Part shown: positions 1-8,938 of the stretch, piece by piece
Layout: the number at the start of each line of letters is the position of its first letter
How positions within the stretch are numbered: the first letter of the stretch is position 1
DNA from: an uncultured archaeon
GTDB taxonomy: Archaea > Asgardarchaeota > Hermodarchaeia > Hermodarchaeales > Hermodarchaeaceae
Assembly: GCA_964347045.1 (NCBI GenBank)
Contig: CAYFXC010000010.1
Coordinates: 21,988-85,987, forward strand
Reading direction: 5' to 3'
DNA: 64,000 bases
Position numbers and translations under genes: made by a program
Notes under the pieces: model-generated
Told to the model about the DNA's origin: nothing
Databases searched by the model: none
What the model saw: only the letters and a program-made list of their open reading frames with translations

Positions 1-1
1 A

Positions 2-358
2 TTTGATCTAGGTTTGCTCACAAATACACCACCAGGAATAGCATGGTTAGAAGTAAAATCCTTTGACTTGGAAAAATATTTCAAAGATTTTGTCATGCTC
101 GGAAGTGTCGAACAGCATATTGCAAAACCTGAACCTGACGGCTTTCTTCGATGTCTTAAAAACCTCGATGCGCAACCTGAAGAGGCTGTTATGATCGGCG
201 ATTCCAGTAGTGATATAATTGGAGGAAATCGTGTGGGTATGATTACTGTGTTAGTTAATCGTCCAGATCAACACACTCCAGTAAATTTGAACCCACCACC
301 AGACCTAACCATCACGGATTTGAATGAATTACTTAATTTTCGTTCTAGCAAGGATTAG
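2..358 (+). CDS. HAD-superfamily hydrolase, C-terminal fragment (5' end lies outside the window)
   Basis: The ORF is open to the window edge. It carries HAD motif IV 'MIGDSSSDIIGGNRVGM', typical of phosphoglycolate-phosphatase-like HAD-IA enzymes. Confidence 0.7.
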   Translation, partial: FDLGLLTNTPPGIAWLEVKSFDLEKYFKDFVMLGSVEQHIAKPEPDGFLRCLKNLDAQPEEAVMIGDSSSDIIGGNRVGMITVLVNRPDQHTPVNLNPPPDLTITDLNELLNFRSSKD

Positions 359-1786
359 TTATTCAGTTGGACGGTGTAGGATTTCTCCGTATTCAACAAG
401 TGCGGCCATTCCTCGAGCACCACGCAATGGAAGGTGGTAGGAAGGAACTCCTGCTAATCGAAGTGTAAACATTCGTTTTCGGATTTCTTTGGTCGATGGA
501 ACCGATACCACCACCACGGGTTTCTTCTTCTGTTCTGAAGCTTCAACGATTGCTTGACTCACTTGTTCCGCATCGAGTAATGGTGTCATAAATAGAGGAA
601 TCACAATTATTCCATCAACCTCATCACTATCTAAGAGCGTGTTCATTGAAAATGCAAATTGCTCTGCTGTTGCAGAACCTGTCAAGTCAACAGGATTTCG
701 AACCGAATAAAAGTAGGGGAGTTTTGTATGCAGGCGTTTCTGAAGCGTTTCGGATAATTCGGGTGCTTGAAGGTGATAATCAGCCAAAGCGTCCAAAGTC
801 ATCACACCAAACCCACCACCACTAGTAATGACCCCAATGCGATTACCCTTTGCTGGTGGTTGGTTGACCAGAGCACGAGCCACATCAAAGAATTCACCGA
901 TTGTTTTAACGCGAATTACACCAGCTGATTCAAAAGCGGCATCGTATATCCGGTCTGTACCAGCCAAAGAACCTGTATGACTACTGACAGCCCTTGTTCC
1001 TGCTTCACTGCGACCTGCTTTGATGACAATGAACGGTTTGACTTTGGATGCCCGTTTACAGATTTCAATGAATTTTCGACCACGATTAATAGATTCCAAG
1101 TAAAGGCCAGTGACTTGGGTATCTTTATCATCTTCTAAATAGTCGATTAAATCCCCCTCATCCACATCGATAGCGTTACCGAAACTGGCGAATTTACTGA
1201 AGCCTATTTCTTCATTAAAGGCAAAGCTCATCACCGCACCACCTACAGAGCCTGATTGAGTGAGAAAAGAAATTCGACCAACTCCGGGTCGAGGAGTTGT
1301 ACTTCCAGGAAGAAAAAGCGTGTCAATATGCGTGCTTGGACTGAAAGTTCCTAAACAGTTTGGACCCAAAACACGAATATGGCCTTTTTTGGCAAGTTCT
1401 AGAACTTGGTTTTCTAATTTTACACCTTCCGGACCTGATTCACGGAAACCCCCAGAGACAATGATGACATTTGGAATCTTCTTTTCGATGCAGTCTTTCA
1501 TTGCAATTGGTACAAACTTGGCTGGAATGACGATGACGGCCAAGTCAATGGGTCCACCACAGTCTTTGAGGGAACCATAGGTTTTGATTCCAAGGATATG
1601 GTATTCCTCTTTTGCGGCTTTGGGATTGATCAGGTATAATCGCCCTGGGAACTTAGCGGCTACCATTTGTTCCACGATGATGTGTCCGATTCGCCCTGGA
1701 CGGCGAGATGCCCCAATAATGGCGACGTTTCGGGGATTAAAGAAGCGATCCATTTGTGTTTCAACCGAATCCATATTACTAACCAC
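359..1786 (-). CDS. ADP-forming acetyl-CoA synthetase alpha-type subunit / CoA-binding succinyl-CoA-ligase-like protein
   Basis: 475-aa ORF. The N-terminus has a CoA-binding Rossmann motif 'FNPRNVAIIGASRRPGRIGH'. A phosphohistidine loop 'SSHTGSLAG' is present. No ATP-grasp (beta) domain is in this ORF. Confidence 0.85.
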   Translation of the reverse strand: MVSNMDSVETQMDRFFNPRNVAIIGASRRPGRIGHIIVEQMVAAKFPGRLYLINPKAAKEEYHILGIKTYGSLKDCGGPIDLAVIVIPAKFVPIAMKDCIEKKIPNVIIVSGGFRESGPEGVKLENQVLELAKKGHIRVLGPNCLGTFSPSTHIDTLFLPGSTTPRPGVGRISFLTQSGSVGGAVMSFAFNEEIGFSKFASFGNAIDVDEGDLIDYLEDDKDTQVTGLYLESINRGRKFIEICKRASKVKPFIVIKAGRSEAGTRAVSSHTGSLAGTDRIYDAAFESAGVIRVKTIGEFFDVARALVNQPPAKGNRIGVITSGGGFGVMTLDALADYHLQAPELSETLQKRLHTKLPYFYSVRNPVDLTGSATAEQFAFSMNTLLDSDEVDGIIVIPLFMTPLLDAEQVSQAIVEASEQKKKPVVVVSVPSTKEIRKRMFTLRLAGVPSYHLPLRGARGMAALVEYGEILHRPTE

Positions 1787-1831
1787 ACTTCAATTCATAA
1801 GACCTAAACTAGGTGTGATCTTCGCCCTTTA

Positions 1832-1999
1832 ATGATTCCCGTGAATTTGCTGGTAATTCGTTCGACCCAACGGTTAGTATTATTTCTTGAAGGGGTAGCT
1901 ACTCTAATCTTAGTGATAGTCGTAGTTGTTCTGATACTAGTAAAAATAAGACGCCCCTCCCCAAATTCTCCAAACACCATTCACTCGACGGAAAAGTAG
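1832..1999 (+). CDS. possible 55-aa single-pass membrane protein (below the ORF-track length cutoff)
   Basis: I translated it by hand: MIPVNLLVIRSTQRLVLFLEGVATLILVIVVVVLILVKIRRPSPNSPNTIHSTEK. It has a hydrophobic core followed by a basic anchor. There is no homology support. Confidence 0.25.
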   Translation: MIPVNLLVIRSTQRLVLFLEGVATLILVIVVVVLILVKIRRPSPNSPNTIHSTEK

Positions 2000-2166
2000 G
2001 AAAAGCACAAACCATTCGCCTTATTCAATATATTCAAATCGGGTTCTCGTACTTCCCAAGGTTTCAACGGTTATGGCATCCATGGATCCTAGGTGTATAG
2101 CGGACCAAGGAAATCCAAGGGTTTCAATATCACTACATCAGTCTACTGACACTGTTCCTTTGTCTA

Positions 2167-3471
2167 GTGAAAAGGTTAATTTTGAACGCTGTCCATGTCT
2201 GTTTAAAATTTGTATTGAAAACAGGTGTTTTGCTCGTGTCTAATTTAGTTGTGCCCGATCGAGTTCTTGTACGTTACGGTGAAATTGGACTGAAAAGCAT
2301 TGGTGTTCGCCGTCACCTCGAGAGTCTCCTTCATAATCATCTCATTGCTATGCTTGCCCGATATGGAGCGGAGTATTCGAGTATCACTCGTGAACGTGGC
2401 CGGTTTTTCATTCAGACAGCTGAACCCGATTTGAGCGCTCAGGCAGCATCGCGGGTCTTCGGAGTTGTTTCAACCAGCCCGGTCTGGTCTGTTCCGTCAA
2501 AACCTGTCAAAATTATTGACCTTGTAAGAGAGCTCACACCCCAAATTGTAATGGAGGGCCAAAAATTTGCTGTACGAGCCCGACGCGTGAAAACCCTTCC
2601 TTATACGAGCCAAGAAATTGCAGCTCAAGTAGGTGCGGCTATCATCGAAGCAACCAAGAACTATAAAGAACCTATCAGGGTTGACTTGAACAACCCAGCT
2701 GTTGAAGTCCATGTGGAGATTCGAGAGAAACTCACGTTCATCTTCACAGAGATCATCAAAGGACCAGGCGGATTACCTTACGGATCACAAGGCACCATTC
2801 TCGGACTCCATTCGGGAGGACTGGATAGTCCTGTAGCGCAATGGTTGATGATGAAACGAGGTGCGCGAGTAATCCCATTATATTTTGATTCAGATGTTCC
2901 ACCTCGACAAGCTTTGCGATCTCGAGCCATTCAAAGTGCGAAGCGCTTAGCAAAATGGATACCTGATAAAAAAGCCGAGTTACTTATCATTCCCTATTAT
3001 GACATTTTACGGCAATTGCAGATGCCAGCCTATCCGAAAATAACCTGTATCCTTTGTAAACGAATGATTTACCGGATGGGAGCCATGGTAGCTGCACAAG
3101 AAGAAGCAAAAGCCTTGGTAACGGGTGAATCTTTGGGGCAAGTAGCCTCACAAACATTGAGTAACCTTTCAATTCTTGATTCCGCAGTGGCTCTTCCAAT
3201 CTTTCGCCCATTAATTGGTTTTGATAAGACTAAAACGATGGATTTAGCCCGACAAATTGGCACATATGATGTGTCGAGCAAAGACGTTGGTGGTTGTTTT
3301 GCTGTACCTAAGCAACCGACTATTGCAGCCTTATTAGATCAGGTGCATGAGGCGGAATCCAAGCTGCCCATTGAAGAATTAGTCATAGGTGCGGTCTCCC
3401 GTTTAGAGAGGATTCAAATAATAGAAGAATTTAATTGTAGGAAGATAAGAAATAGAAATTCTAGAGATTGA
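2167..3471 (+). CDS. thiI: tRNA 4-thiouridine synthase / thiamine biosynthesis protein ThiI (THUMP + PP-loop ATPase)
   Basis: It has the 'VLVRYGEIGLKS' ferredoxin-like/THUMP N-terminus and the PP-loop 'GLHSGGLDSPVA'. There is no rhodanese domain. The real start is probably downstream of the listed GTG at 2167. Confidence 0.9.
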   Translation: MKRLILNAVHVCLKFVLKTGVLLVSNLVVPDRVLVRYGEIGLKSIGVRRHLESLLHNHLIAMLARYGAEYSSITRERGRFFIQTAEPDLSAQAASRVFGVVSTSPVWSVPSKPVKIIDLVRELTPQIVMEGQKFAVRARRVKTLPYTSQEIAAQVGAAIIEATKNYKEPIRVDLNNPAVEVHVEIREKLTFIFTEIIKGPGGLPYGSQGTILGLHSGGLDSPVAQWLMMKRGARVIPLYFDSDVPPRQALRSRAIQSAKRLAKWIPDKKAELLIIPYYDILRQLQMPAYPKITCILCKRMIYRMGAMVAAQEEAKALVTGESLGQVASQTLSNLSILDSAVALPIFRPLIGFDKTKTMDLARQIGTYDVSSKDVGGCFAVPKQPTIAALLDQVHEAESKLPIEELVIGAVSRLERIQIIEEFNCRKIRNRNSRD

Positions 3472-3531
3472 CTTATTTAAAACGCAGTCATCTCCTTTAT
3501 CAGTTTACCTAAAGGCGAGTAGTCGGGTGTA

Positions 3532-4224
3532 TTGATGGTGAAACGAGCAATCGGTCGAGTGATGGACCGTTATGAAATCGATCAACGTATCGTTGAAACT
3601 ATAGCAGTGAAACCTAGAGTGACGATTGATGGCATTGCAAAAGAAACGGGTTTAAGCTACACTGCAGTCCGGAACAGTCTCCAACGCCTTGTAAATCTTG
3701 GCGTCGTGGTTGAGATCACTGACACTGAAAGTCCCACTCGAAGAGGACGACCAGCTACTTATTTTCGAATCGAAAAGGGCTTACAACTCTTTGTTCCCCC
3801 TCGTCAGTTTAAACATCTAGCTTTAACTCTTATTGAACAAATCATAATGGAAGAAGGTCCAGAACATGTTGCAGATCTTCTTGATCGTGCAGCTAAACTT
3901 CAAGTTGAGAAGCTCTCGGCAAAATGGGAGAAGGAAAAAACACGACCCAAAACTCTAGCCCAGATGGTTCAATTCATTTGTGATTATATTAACGATCTGG
4001 GTTGTTATGCGAAGCACACGACTTTCGAAAAGGGCTTTTATGTTTTTGTAAACAATTGCGTCTACCTTGGAGTGGCTAAACAATATCCGGGGACTGTCTG
4101 TCGATACCACGAGAGCTTGATCACACATATGGCTCATTCTCATGATAAATCGGTCCTCGTTTCACATGAGCAAGCCATGGCAGAAGGGGCCCACAACTGT
4201 CAATACACAATCGTACGCCGATAA
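3532..4224 (+). CDS. winged-helix transcriptional regulator with a C-terminal Cys/His-containing domain
   Basis: The N-terminal wHTH is 'IDGIAKETGLSYTAVRNSLQRLVNLGVVVE...RGRPATYF'. The C-terminal ~90 aa contains conserved-looking Cys/His (CDY..C..C..C..H..H..C) of unknown function. Confidence 0.7.
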   Translation: MMVKRAIGRVMDRYEIDQRIVETIAVKPRVTIDGIAKETGLSYTAVRNSLQRLVNLGVVVEITDTESPTRRGRPATYFRIEKGLQLFVPPRQFKHLALTLIEQIIMEEGPEHVADLLDRAAKLQVEKLSAKWEKEKTRPKTLAQMVQFICDYINDLGCYAKHTTFEKGFYVFVNNCVYLGVAKQYPGTVCRYHESLITHMAHSHDKSVLVSHEQAMAEGAHNCQYTIVRR

Positions 4225-4321
4225 TTACTTGATTTTTCTCGAAATTTTGACTGTAGGTTATGCTTTTAAACCATACTGCCTCGATATTGGCAGAACCTCT
4301 TAAATTCTTAGGTGAAAACTC

Positions 4322-4642
4322 TTGGTTGATACTCCAAAAGAAGGCTTAGAAGTCATGGTCGGAACCTTTGACCCCGGCGCCGCCGCAGGCTGGAACTGCA
4401 TCATCGAAATGGACATCCAAGGCGACAACAAATACAACATCACCATCAAAGATCAAAAAATCGAATGGAGCGATGGCCCCGCTGACAAAGCAGACCTCGT
4501 CATCACCATTAGTAAAGAAGACTGGATGGCCATTACCAACGGACAACTCAACGCCGTCGCCGCCTTCATGTCCGGCAAACTCAAATCACAAGGCGACATG
4601 AGCCACCTCTTGAAACTCCAAAGCGTCTTCAAACTCGGCTAA
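4322..4642 (+). CDS. SCP2 (sterol-carrier-protein-2-like) lipid-binding domain protein
   Basis: The C-terminal signature 'ADLVITISKEDWMAITNGQLNAVAAFMSGKLKSQGDMSHLLKLQSVF' matches the SCP2 domain pattern (GKLK.xGD...KLQ). The likely true start is ATG 4355. Codon usage is strongly C-ending, unlike the neighbouring genes. Confidence 0.8.
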   Translation: MVDTPKEGLEVMVGTFDPGAAAGWNCIIEMDIQGDNKYNITIKDQKIEWSDGPADKADLVITISKEDWMAITNGQLNAVAAFMSGKLKSQGDMSHLLKLQSVFKLG

Positions 4643-4840
4643 CCCCTGTCAAACGTTCCAACAAACCCACACCCCCCACCGAAATCCTCGGTACATACAC
4701 ATGAGCAGGGGTGGCTTCACACCCACCCTTCGCCTCATCTTTTTCCCCCCAAACTCATACTCACACCACCCCCCACACACTACGCCACCAAGGGGAAGGG
4801 GGAGGATATTAGGAGGGGGAAGGGGAAAACTTGATAAAAA
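4643..4840. other. A+C-rich, T-poor non-coding tail with C6 homopolymer runs followed by a G-run block
   Basis: C6 runs lie at 4672-4677, 4745-4750 and 4769-4774. G-runs lie between 4792 and 4825. This composition is unlike the surrounding AT-rich DNA. Confidence 0.8.
4792..4825 (+). repeat. G-quadruplex-type motif GGGG-AA-GGGGG-N12-GGGGG-AA-GGGG
   Basis: I read it directly: 'ggggaagggggaggatattaggagggggaagggg'. It has four G-runs of at least 4, with loops of 2, 12 and 2 nt. Confidence 0.7.
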
Positions 4841-5056
4841 TTAGAAGACTTCACGTCCGTAGGATTTTGCATAACCACGTTGATAGGTACACAAAGCAAG
4901 GATTGCTGTAACTATAACGACGATGAAGCAGATGGATCCGATGATAAGGGGTATAATTTCAAGGATGGGGAGATAGGGGCCAGCAATTAAAAAAATCATT
5001 CCAATGATGGCGAAAATCACGGCGATTGCCACTAACCTATCTGCATTTAGTTCCAT
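4841..5056 (-). CDS. small membrane protein (2 predicted TM helices), function unknown
   Basis: 71-aa ORF with two long hydrophobic stretches (AIAVIFAIIGMIFLIAGPYL / IIPLIIGSICFIVVIVTAILAL). Confidence 0.45.
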   Translation of the reverse strand: MELNADRLVAIAVIFAIIGMIFLIAGPYLPILEIIPLIIGSICFIVVIVTAILALCTYQRGYAKSYGREVF

Positions 5057-5081
5057 GTATAATCACAGTAATTTCAATTTA

Positions 5082-6425
5082 CTATTTAACAGATTTCACT
5101 GCTTTCTCGAACCGTTCAAGAGCGATATTAATTTGTTCAGTAGTAATTGTGAGAGGAGGAATAAATCGGATGCTACTTCGACCTGCACCGAGAATCCAAA
5201 GGCGCTGTTTGTTTACACAATTATTTATGACAGCATCACGTTTCTGGGAGTCAATGGAGTTTGATTTCTTTTCGGTGACAATTTCAACTGCACACATGAG
5301 ACCACGCCCACGAACATCACCAACGATATTACTAGTTTCTTTAATTTCGTTGAGACCTTTTAGTAATTGTCGACCACGTTTTGCCGCGTTTTCTATTAGT
5401 CTATCCCGCTCAATGGTACGAATAACCGAAAGAGAGAGAAGGGAAACATAGGGTTCAGCACCAAAAGTTTCAGAATGACGGCTAAAGTCAGTGAATAAAG
5501 GTTTAGGTCCAATTGCAGCCCCAAACGGGAATCCACTACCTAAGGCTTTGGCGGTACAGATATACTCAGGGATAATGTCGCCATGCTCGATACTCCACCA
5601 CTTTCCGGTACGACCAAGTCCAGCTTGCACTTCATCACTGATAATCTTTGTACCAAGTTCATCTGCGAGGTTCCGAATTTCTTTAAACCATTTGATGGGA
5701 GCAGGAATAATTCCGCCCTCACCGCAAATAGGTTCTAAGACGATTGCAGCAATGTCTTTGCCTCCGTATTCAATACTATCACGAAGATAACTGACACATT
5801 CTAGACTACAGCTTTTTTCTTCTTGACCAAATGGACACCGGAAACAATACGGATATGGTCCTCGTATCACATCAAGCCCCTGGGGATAGAAGTCCTTATG
5901 AGCATGTTTACTTGCCGTCAAAGCAAGTGCATACCCTGTTCGTCCATGGAAGGCTGGGCGAAACGCGATAAATCGAAATCGATGTGTTGTGTCCATAACA
6001 GATTTTACTGCCGATTCAACAGCACGTCCACCACTGGTTGTAAAAAAGACTTCTTTTTCATGATCTCCAGGTGTAATACCTGTTAACCTTTCAGCCAGTA
6101 GTGTTTGAGGGATAAGGTCAAAATCATGACCAGGAACCTCACGTAAATAGTCATTAATTCGGTGTTCGAAATCTTTGACAATCGGATTTCGAATTCCAAG
6201 AGCACGAACCGCTACTCCCGCGGTCACATCCAGATACTGTTTCCCTTTCAAATCGTAAATCCATGGGCCTTCACCTTGAGTATGATCAACGACGGGATAG
6301 ATATCACGGCTTTGAGTCGTTTTTGCAACGACCTGTTCTGCCCGTTGAACCCATTCTTTACTGCTTTTGGTGATATTCAAATCAGGGCACAGTTCTTTTA
6401 ATAGCTCTTCAGCGTCACGTTTCAT
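5082..6425 (-). CDS. class-III PLP-dependent aminotransferase (acetylornithine/4-aminobutyrate aminotransferase family)
   Basis: 447 aa. It carries the hallmark 'ISDEVQAGLGRTGKWW' and 'TTSGGRAVESAVK', and the PLP lysine context 'ICTAKALGSGFP'. Confidence 0.9.
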   Translation of the reverse strand: MKRDAEELLKELCPDLNITKSSKEWVQRAEQVVAKTTQSRDIYPVVDHTQGEGPWIYDLKGKQYLDVTAGVAVRALGIRNPIVKDFEHRINDYLREVPGHDFDLIPQTLLAERLTGITPGDHEKEVFFTTSGGRAVESAVKSVMDTTHRFRFIAFRPAFHGRTGYALALTASKHAHKDFYPQGLDVIRGPYPYCFRCPFGQEEKSCSLECVSYLRDSIEYGGKDIAAIVLEPICGEGGIIPAPIKWFKEIRNLADELGTKIISDEVQAGLGRTGKWWSIEHGDIIPEYICTAKALGSGFPFGAAIGPKPLFTDFSRHSETFGAEPYVSLLSLSVIRTIERDRLIENAAKRGRQLLKGLNEIKETSNIVGDVRGRGLMCAVEIVTEKKSNSIDSQKRDAVINNCVNKQRLWILGAGRSSIRFIPPLTITTEQINIALERFEKAVKSVK

Positions 6426-6573
6426 CTTTAACCAGCAACCTAGAATACGTGTTTGCGTAAAGGAAATTATAGGCTCTATTTAAGTTCCTGCTATTCGACA
6501 ACACGAACTACCTTATTCTATCATGTTCATACTTGATTAGTTAAATAGAGCCTTGATGCTTTGAATATACGCA

Positions 6574-8103
6574 ATGAAACCAAGCTCGCGTGTAATGGCT
6601 TTAATATATTTTCTAATTGGCTTTGGTTTGATGTTGCTGGGAATGATAAATGAATTTCTTTTGGGAGCAATATTTCCTAGCGAGGTAATGCAACATTTGT
6701 ATTTGCAAGGAGGATTTCTCATCCTCATTATTCTATGCTTTACAGGGGGTATCATGTTAATCCGTCGGAGCCTATTTGAGCAATGGCGATACCGGTACGA
6801 CAGCATTATTTACATCATTGCAGCTTTGATCTGTCTAGCTTCTGCAATTCAGACCATTCTTGGGCTGCAAATCGGTCATCCCTACTTGGAGCTAGCTGAA
6901 ACAAACCTTATTCTAATGAATCTGCTTTGGATTTTCGTACTCCCTCCTTTGAATCCATGGATAATGACAACTCTTAGTGTTGGGTTCGCTATTGTTGCAT
7001 GGATGAACGCTAAAGTCTATCCACCAAATCCACCAAATCCATCACTAATTGATGAGACACCAGTTGAACGTAGTGACGAAAACCCCCAACAATGGTGGGA
7101 TATTCTTGGTGGGCTAACACGAGTTTCTGTCTGGCTCGGATCACTTTTTCTCGTTATCCTTAGTTTTCTTATTCTTGGTAGCCCACCACTTAGTCCTCCT
7201 CCCGATATCCCGCTTCATCAACCTTTTTTTTGGCTTAGGCTATTTGTAGGTCTTATTTCGGTGAGCCTTCTGAATTCAGCGGCTTTCATTCTAAACCAGA
7301 TTGGAGATGTAGATACTGACCAGCTAGATTTAAGTAAAGCCCGACTTCCTGTGAGTGCTGGGCGAATAACAAGAAATCAGGCAGCACTTCTCGCTGTTGG
7401 TTTTATAATAATAGGTTTAATTATGGCGCTTTCACTTGGATTTGCTTTTTTTAGCATTATATGTTTTATCTTCATTTTTGCAATAATCTATTCTTTTCCA
7501 CCACTTCGGCTTAAAGGCCGACCGTTTTTTGATTTACTAATAATTGGACTCGGATTTGGCACCTGGGCGGTTCTCACGGCATGGGGAATTTTAACTATCC
7601 GATCTTTTTTTTATGTACTATTAAATCCTGGACCTGAAATTCCTCTTATTCTTCTGATAGGAGCAGGATTCTTCTATGCCGGAACCCACGGTATTCATAC
7701 GGCTTCCGATTATGATGCAGACGCGGCGGCAGGTGTGAAAACTACAGCAGTTCATGTCGGATTCAGAAAAGCAACTAAATTAGGGATTAGTCTCATTGCG
7801 TTGGGGCTTGTTATGCTCTATATTGCTGTGGGATATTTCACACACTTGTTTTGGTATGGACTTCTCAAGTACAAGAGCATCTTTTTACTCATTTTCCTTG
7901 GACTCCCCTTTTTTACCTTATTTGAGCAGTTTCGTGTTTGGCAACAATCAAAGATTTCAAGTGGATATGATTTACGATTTCTTCAGCGTAGGGGGCGTTG
8001 GGTTACCTATCTACTTTTTCTGATCTTGTTGTTCTATCTAGTCTTATACGTATTCATTTTCTATCCCACATATTATCCTCACTATTTCTTTCCATGGACG
8101 TAG
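6574..8103 (+). CDS. UbiA-family prenyltransferase with an extra ~230-aa N-terminal membrane domain
   Basis: The first Asp-rich motif is 'NQIGDVDTDQLDLSKARLPVSAGRIT' and the second is 'ASDYDADAAAGVKTTAV'. The protein is polytopic. Pro-rich linkers 'YPPNPPNPS' and 'SPPLSPPPDIP' separate the N-terminal domain. Confidence 0.8.
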   Translation: MKPSSRVMALIYFLIGFGLMLLGMINEFLLGAIFPSEVMQHLYLQGGFLILIILCFTGGIMLIRRSLFEQWRYRYDSIIYIIAALICLASAIQTILGLQIGHPYLELAETNLILMNLLWIFVLPPLNPWIMTTLSVGFAIVAWMNAKVYPPNPPNPSLIDETPVERSDENPQQWWDILGGLTRVSVWLGSLFLVILSFLILGSPPLSPPPDIPLHQPFFWLRLFVGLISVSLLNSAAFILNQIGDVDTDQLDLSKARLPVSAGRITRNQAALLAVGFIIIGLIMALSLGFAFFSIICFIFIFAIIYSFPPLRLKGRPFFDLLIIGLGFGTWAVLTAWGILTIRSFFYVLLNPGPEIPLILLIGAGFFYAGTHGIHTASDYDADAAAGVKTTAVHVGFRKATKLGISLIALGLVMLYIAVGYFTHLFWYGLLKYKSIFLLIFLGLPFFTLFEQFRVWQQSKISSGYDLRFLQRRGRWVTYLLFLILLFYLVLYVFIFYPTYYPHYFFPWT

Positions 8104-8170
8104 AAACTCTAGTTAGTGGTGCCAAAGCTTTATTTCATCAGTCTTGTAATTGGACGGCTGAGGAAGTATC

Positions 8171-8833
8171 GTGACCCCTCGTGGATTGGTTGCCTTTGAT
8201 TTGGATGGAACCTTAGTCAGAATTTGGAGCGCTTGGAGTTGGATTCACAAACTCCTTGGAACAGCAGATGCAGCAAAACCTAATGCCGACTTATATTATA
8301 GAGGAGAAATCGATTATACTCGTTGGGCAGAATTGGATGTTGAATTGTGGCATGGAATCGCACTCAACCGAATTGAGAAGGCAATTGATGAGGGATTGAT
8401 TTTCATTCCGAATGTGAAGATCTTGATCGATAAACTTCACAGGTCTGGATTGAAAACCGCAATAATAAGTTCGGGGCTCGATATGTTTGCTAATCGTGCT
8501 CAAGAAGTGCTGGGTATTGATATCAGTAAGGCAAACAAACTGGTATGCGATAAGTACGGAAATATTAGTGGTGTCGAAGTTCATGTAGCCTTTGATAATA
8601 AGGATCAGATACTGATTGAAATTGCACAAGAACTTGACCAGCCTCTTTTGCATTGCGCAGCTGTTGGTGATTCAGCGAATGATATCCCAATGTTTCACAT
8701 AGCTGGCTTTTCAATTGCATTCAATCCATCGAATGATGATGTTGCTCAAGCTGCTACAAGGATTGTTAAAAGTGAAGACGCTTTAGATTTGCTTCCTCCA
8801 TTGCTTGAGTATTTTCAGCTCGATTTGTTTTAA
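8171..8833 (+). CDS. HAD-IB hydrolase, phosphoserine-phosphatase (SerB)-like
   Basis: Motif I 'AFDLDGTL', motif II 'ISSGLD' and motif IV 'GDSANDIPMF' are all present. Confidence 0.8.
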   Translation: MTPRGLVAFDLDGTLVRIWSAWSWIHKLLGTADAAKPNADLYYRGEIDYTRWAELDVELWHGIALNRIEKAIDEGLIFIPNVKILIDKLHRSGLKTAIISSGLDMFANRAQEVLGIDISKANKLVCDKYGNISGVEVHVAFDNKDQILIEIAQELDQPLLHCAAVGDSANDIPMFHIAGFSIAFNPSNDDVAQAATRIVKSEDALDLLPPLLEYFQLDLF

Positions 8834-8938
8834 ATCGGACAAGATAAGGTCTATCGCTAGACTTTAATGTCGGAATTGAGGGGTATTTAGAACCATCATA
8901 ATTTTGGTTGGGTAGGCATCAAGTAGGAGTGAAATAGC

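Noticed and set aside
4346-4601. Two extra ORFs (4368-4601 on +, 4346-4546 on -) inside the SCP2 gene
   Set aside because: They are by-products of the locally stop-poor A+C-rich composition. Only the 4322/4355-4642 frame gives an SCP2 signature.
4701-4850. 49-aa ORF (MSRGGFTPTLRLIFFPPNSYSHHPPHTTPPRGRGRILGGGRGKLDKN) in the C/G-homopolymer tail
   Set aside because: The low-complexity translation is produced by the homopolymer runs. It has no RBS and no protein-like pattern.
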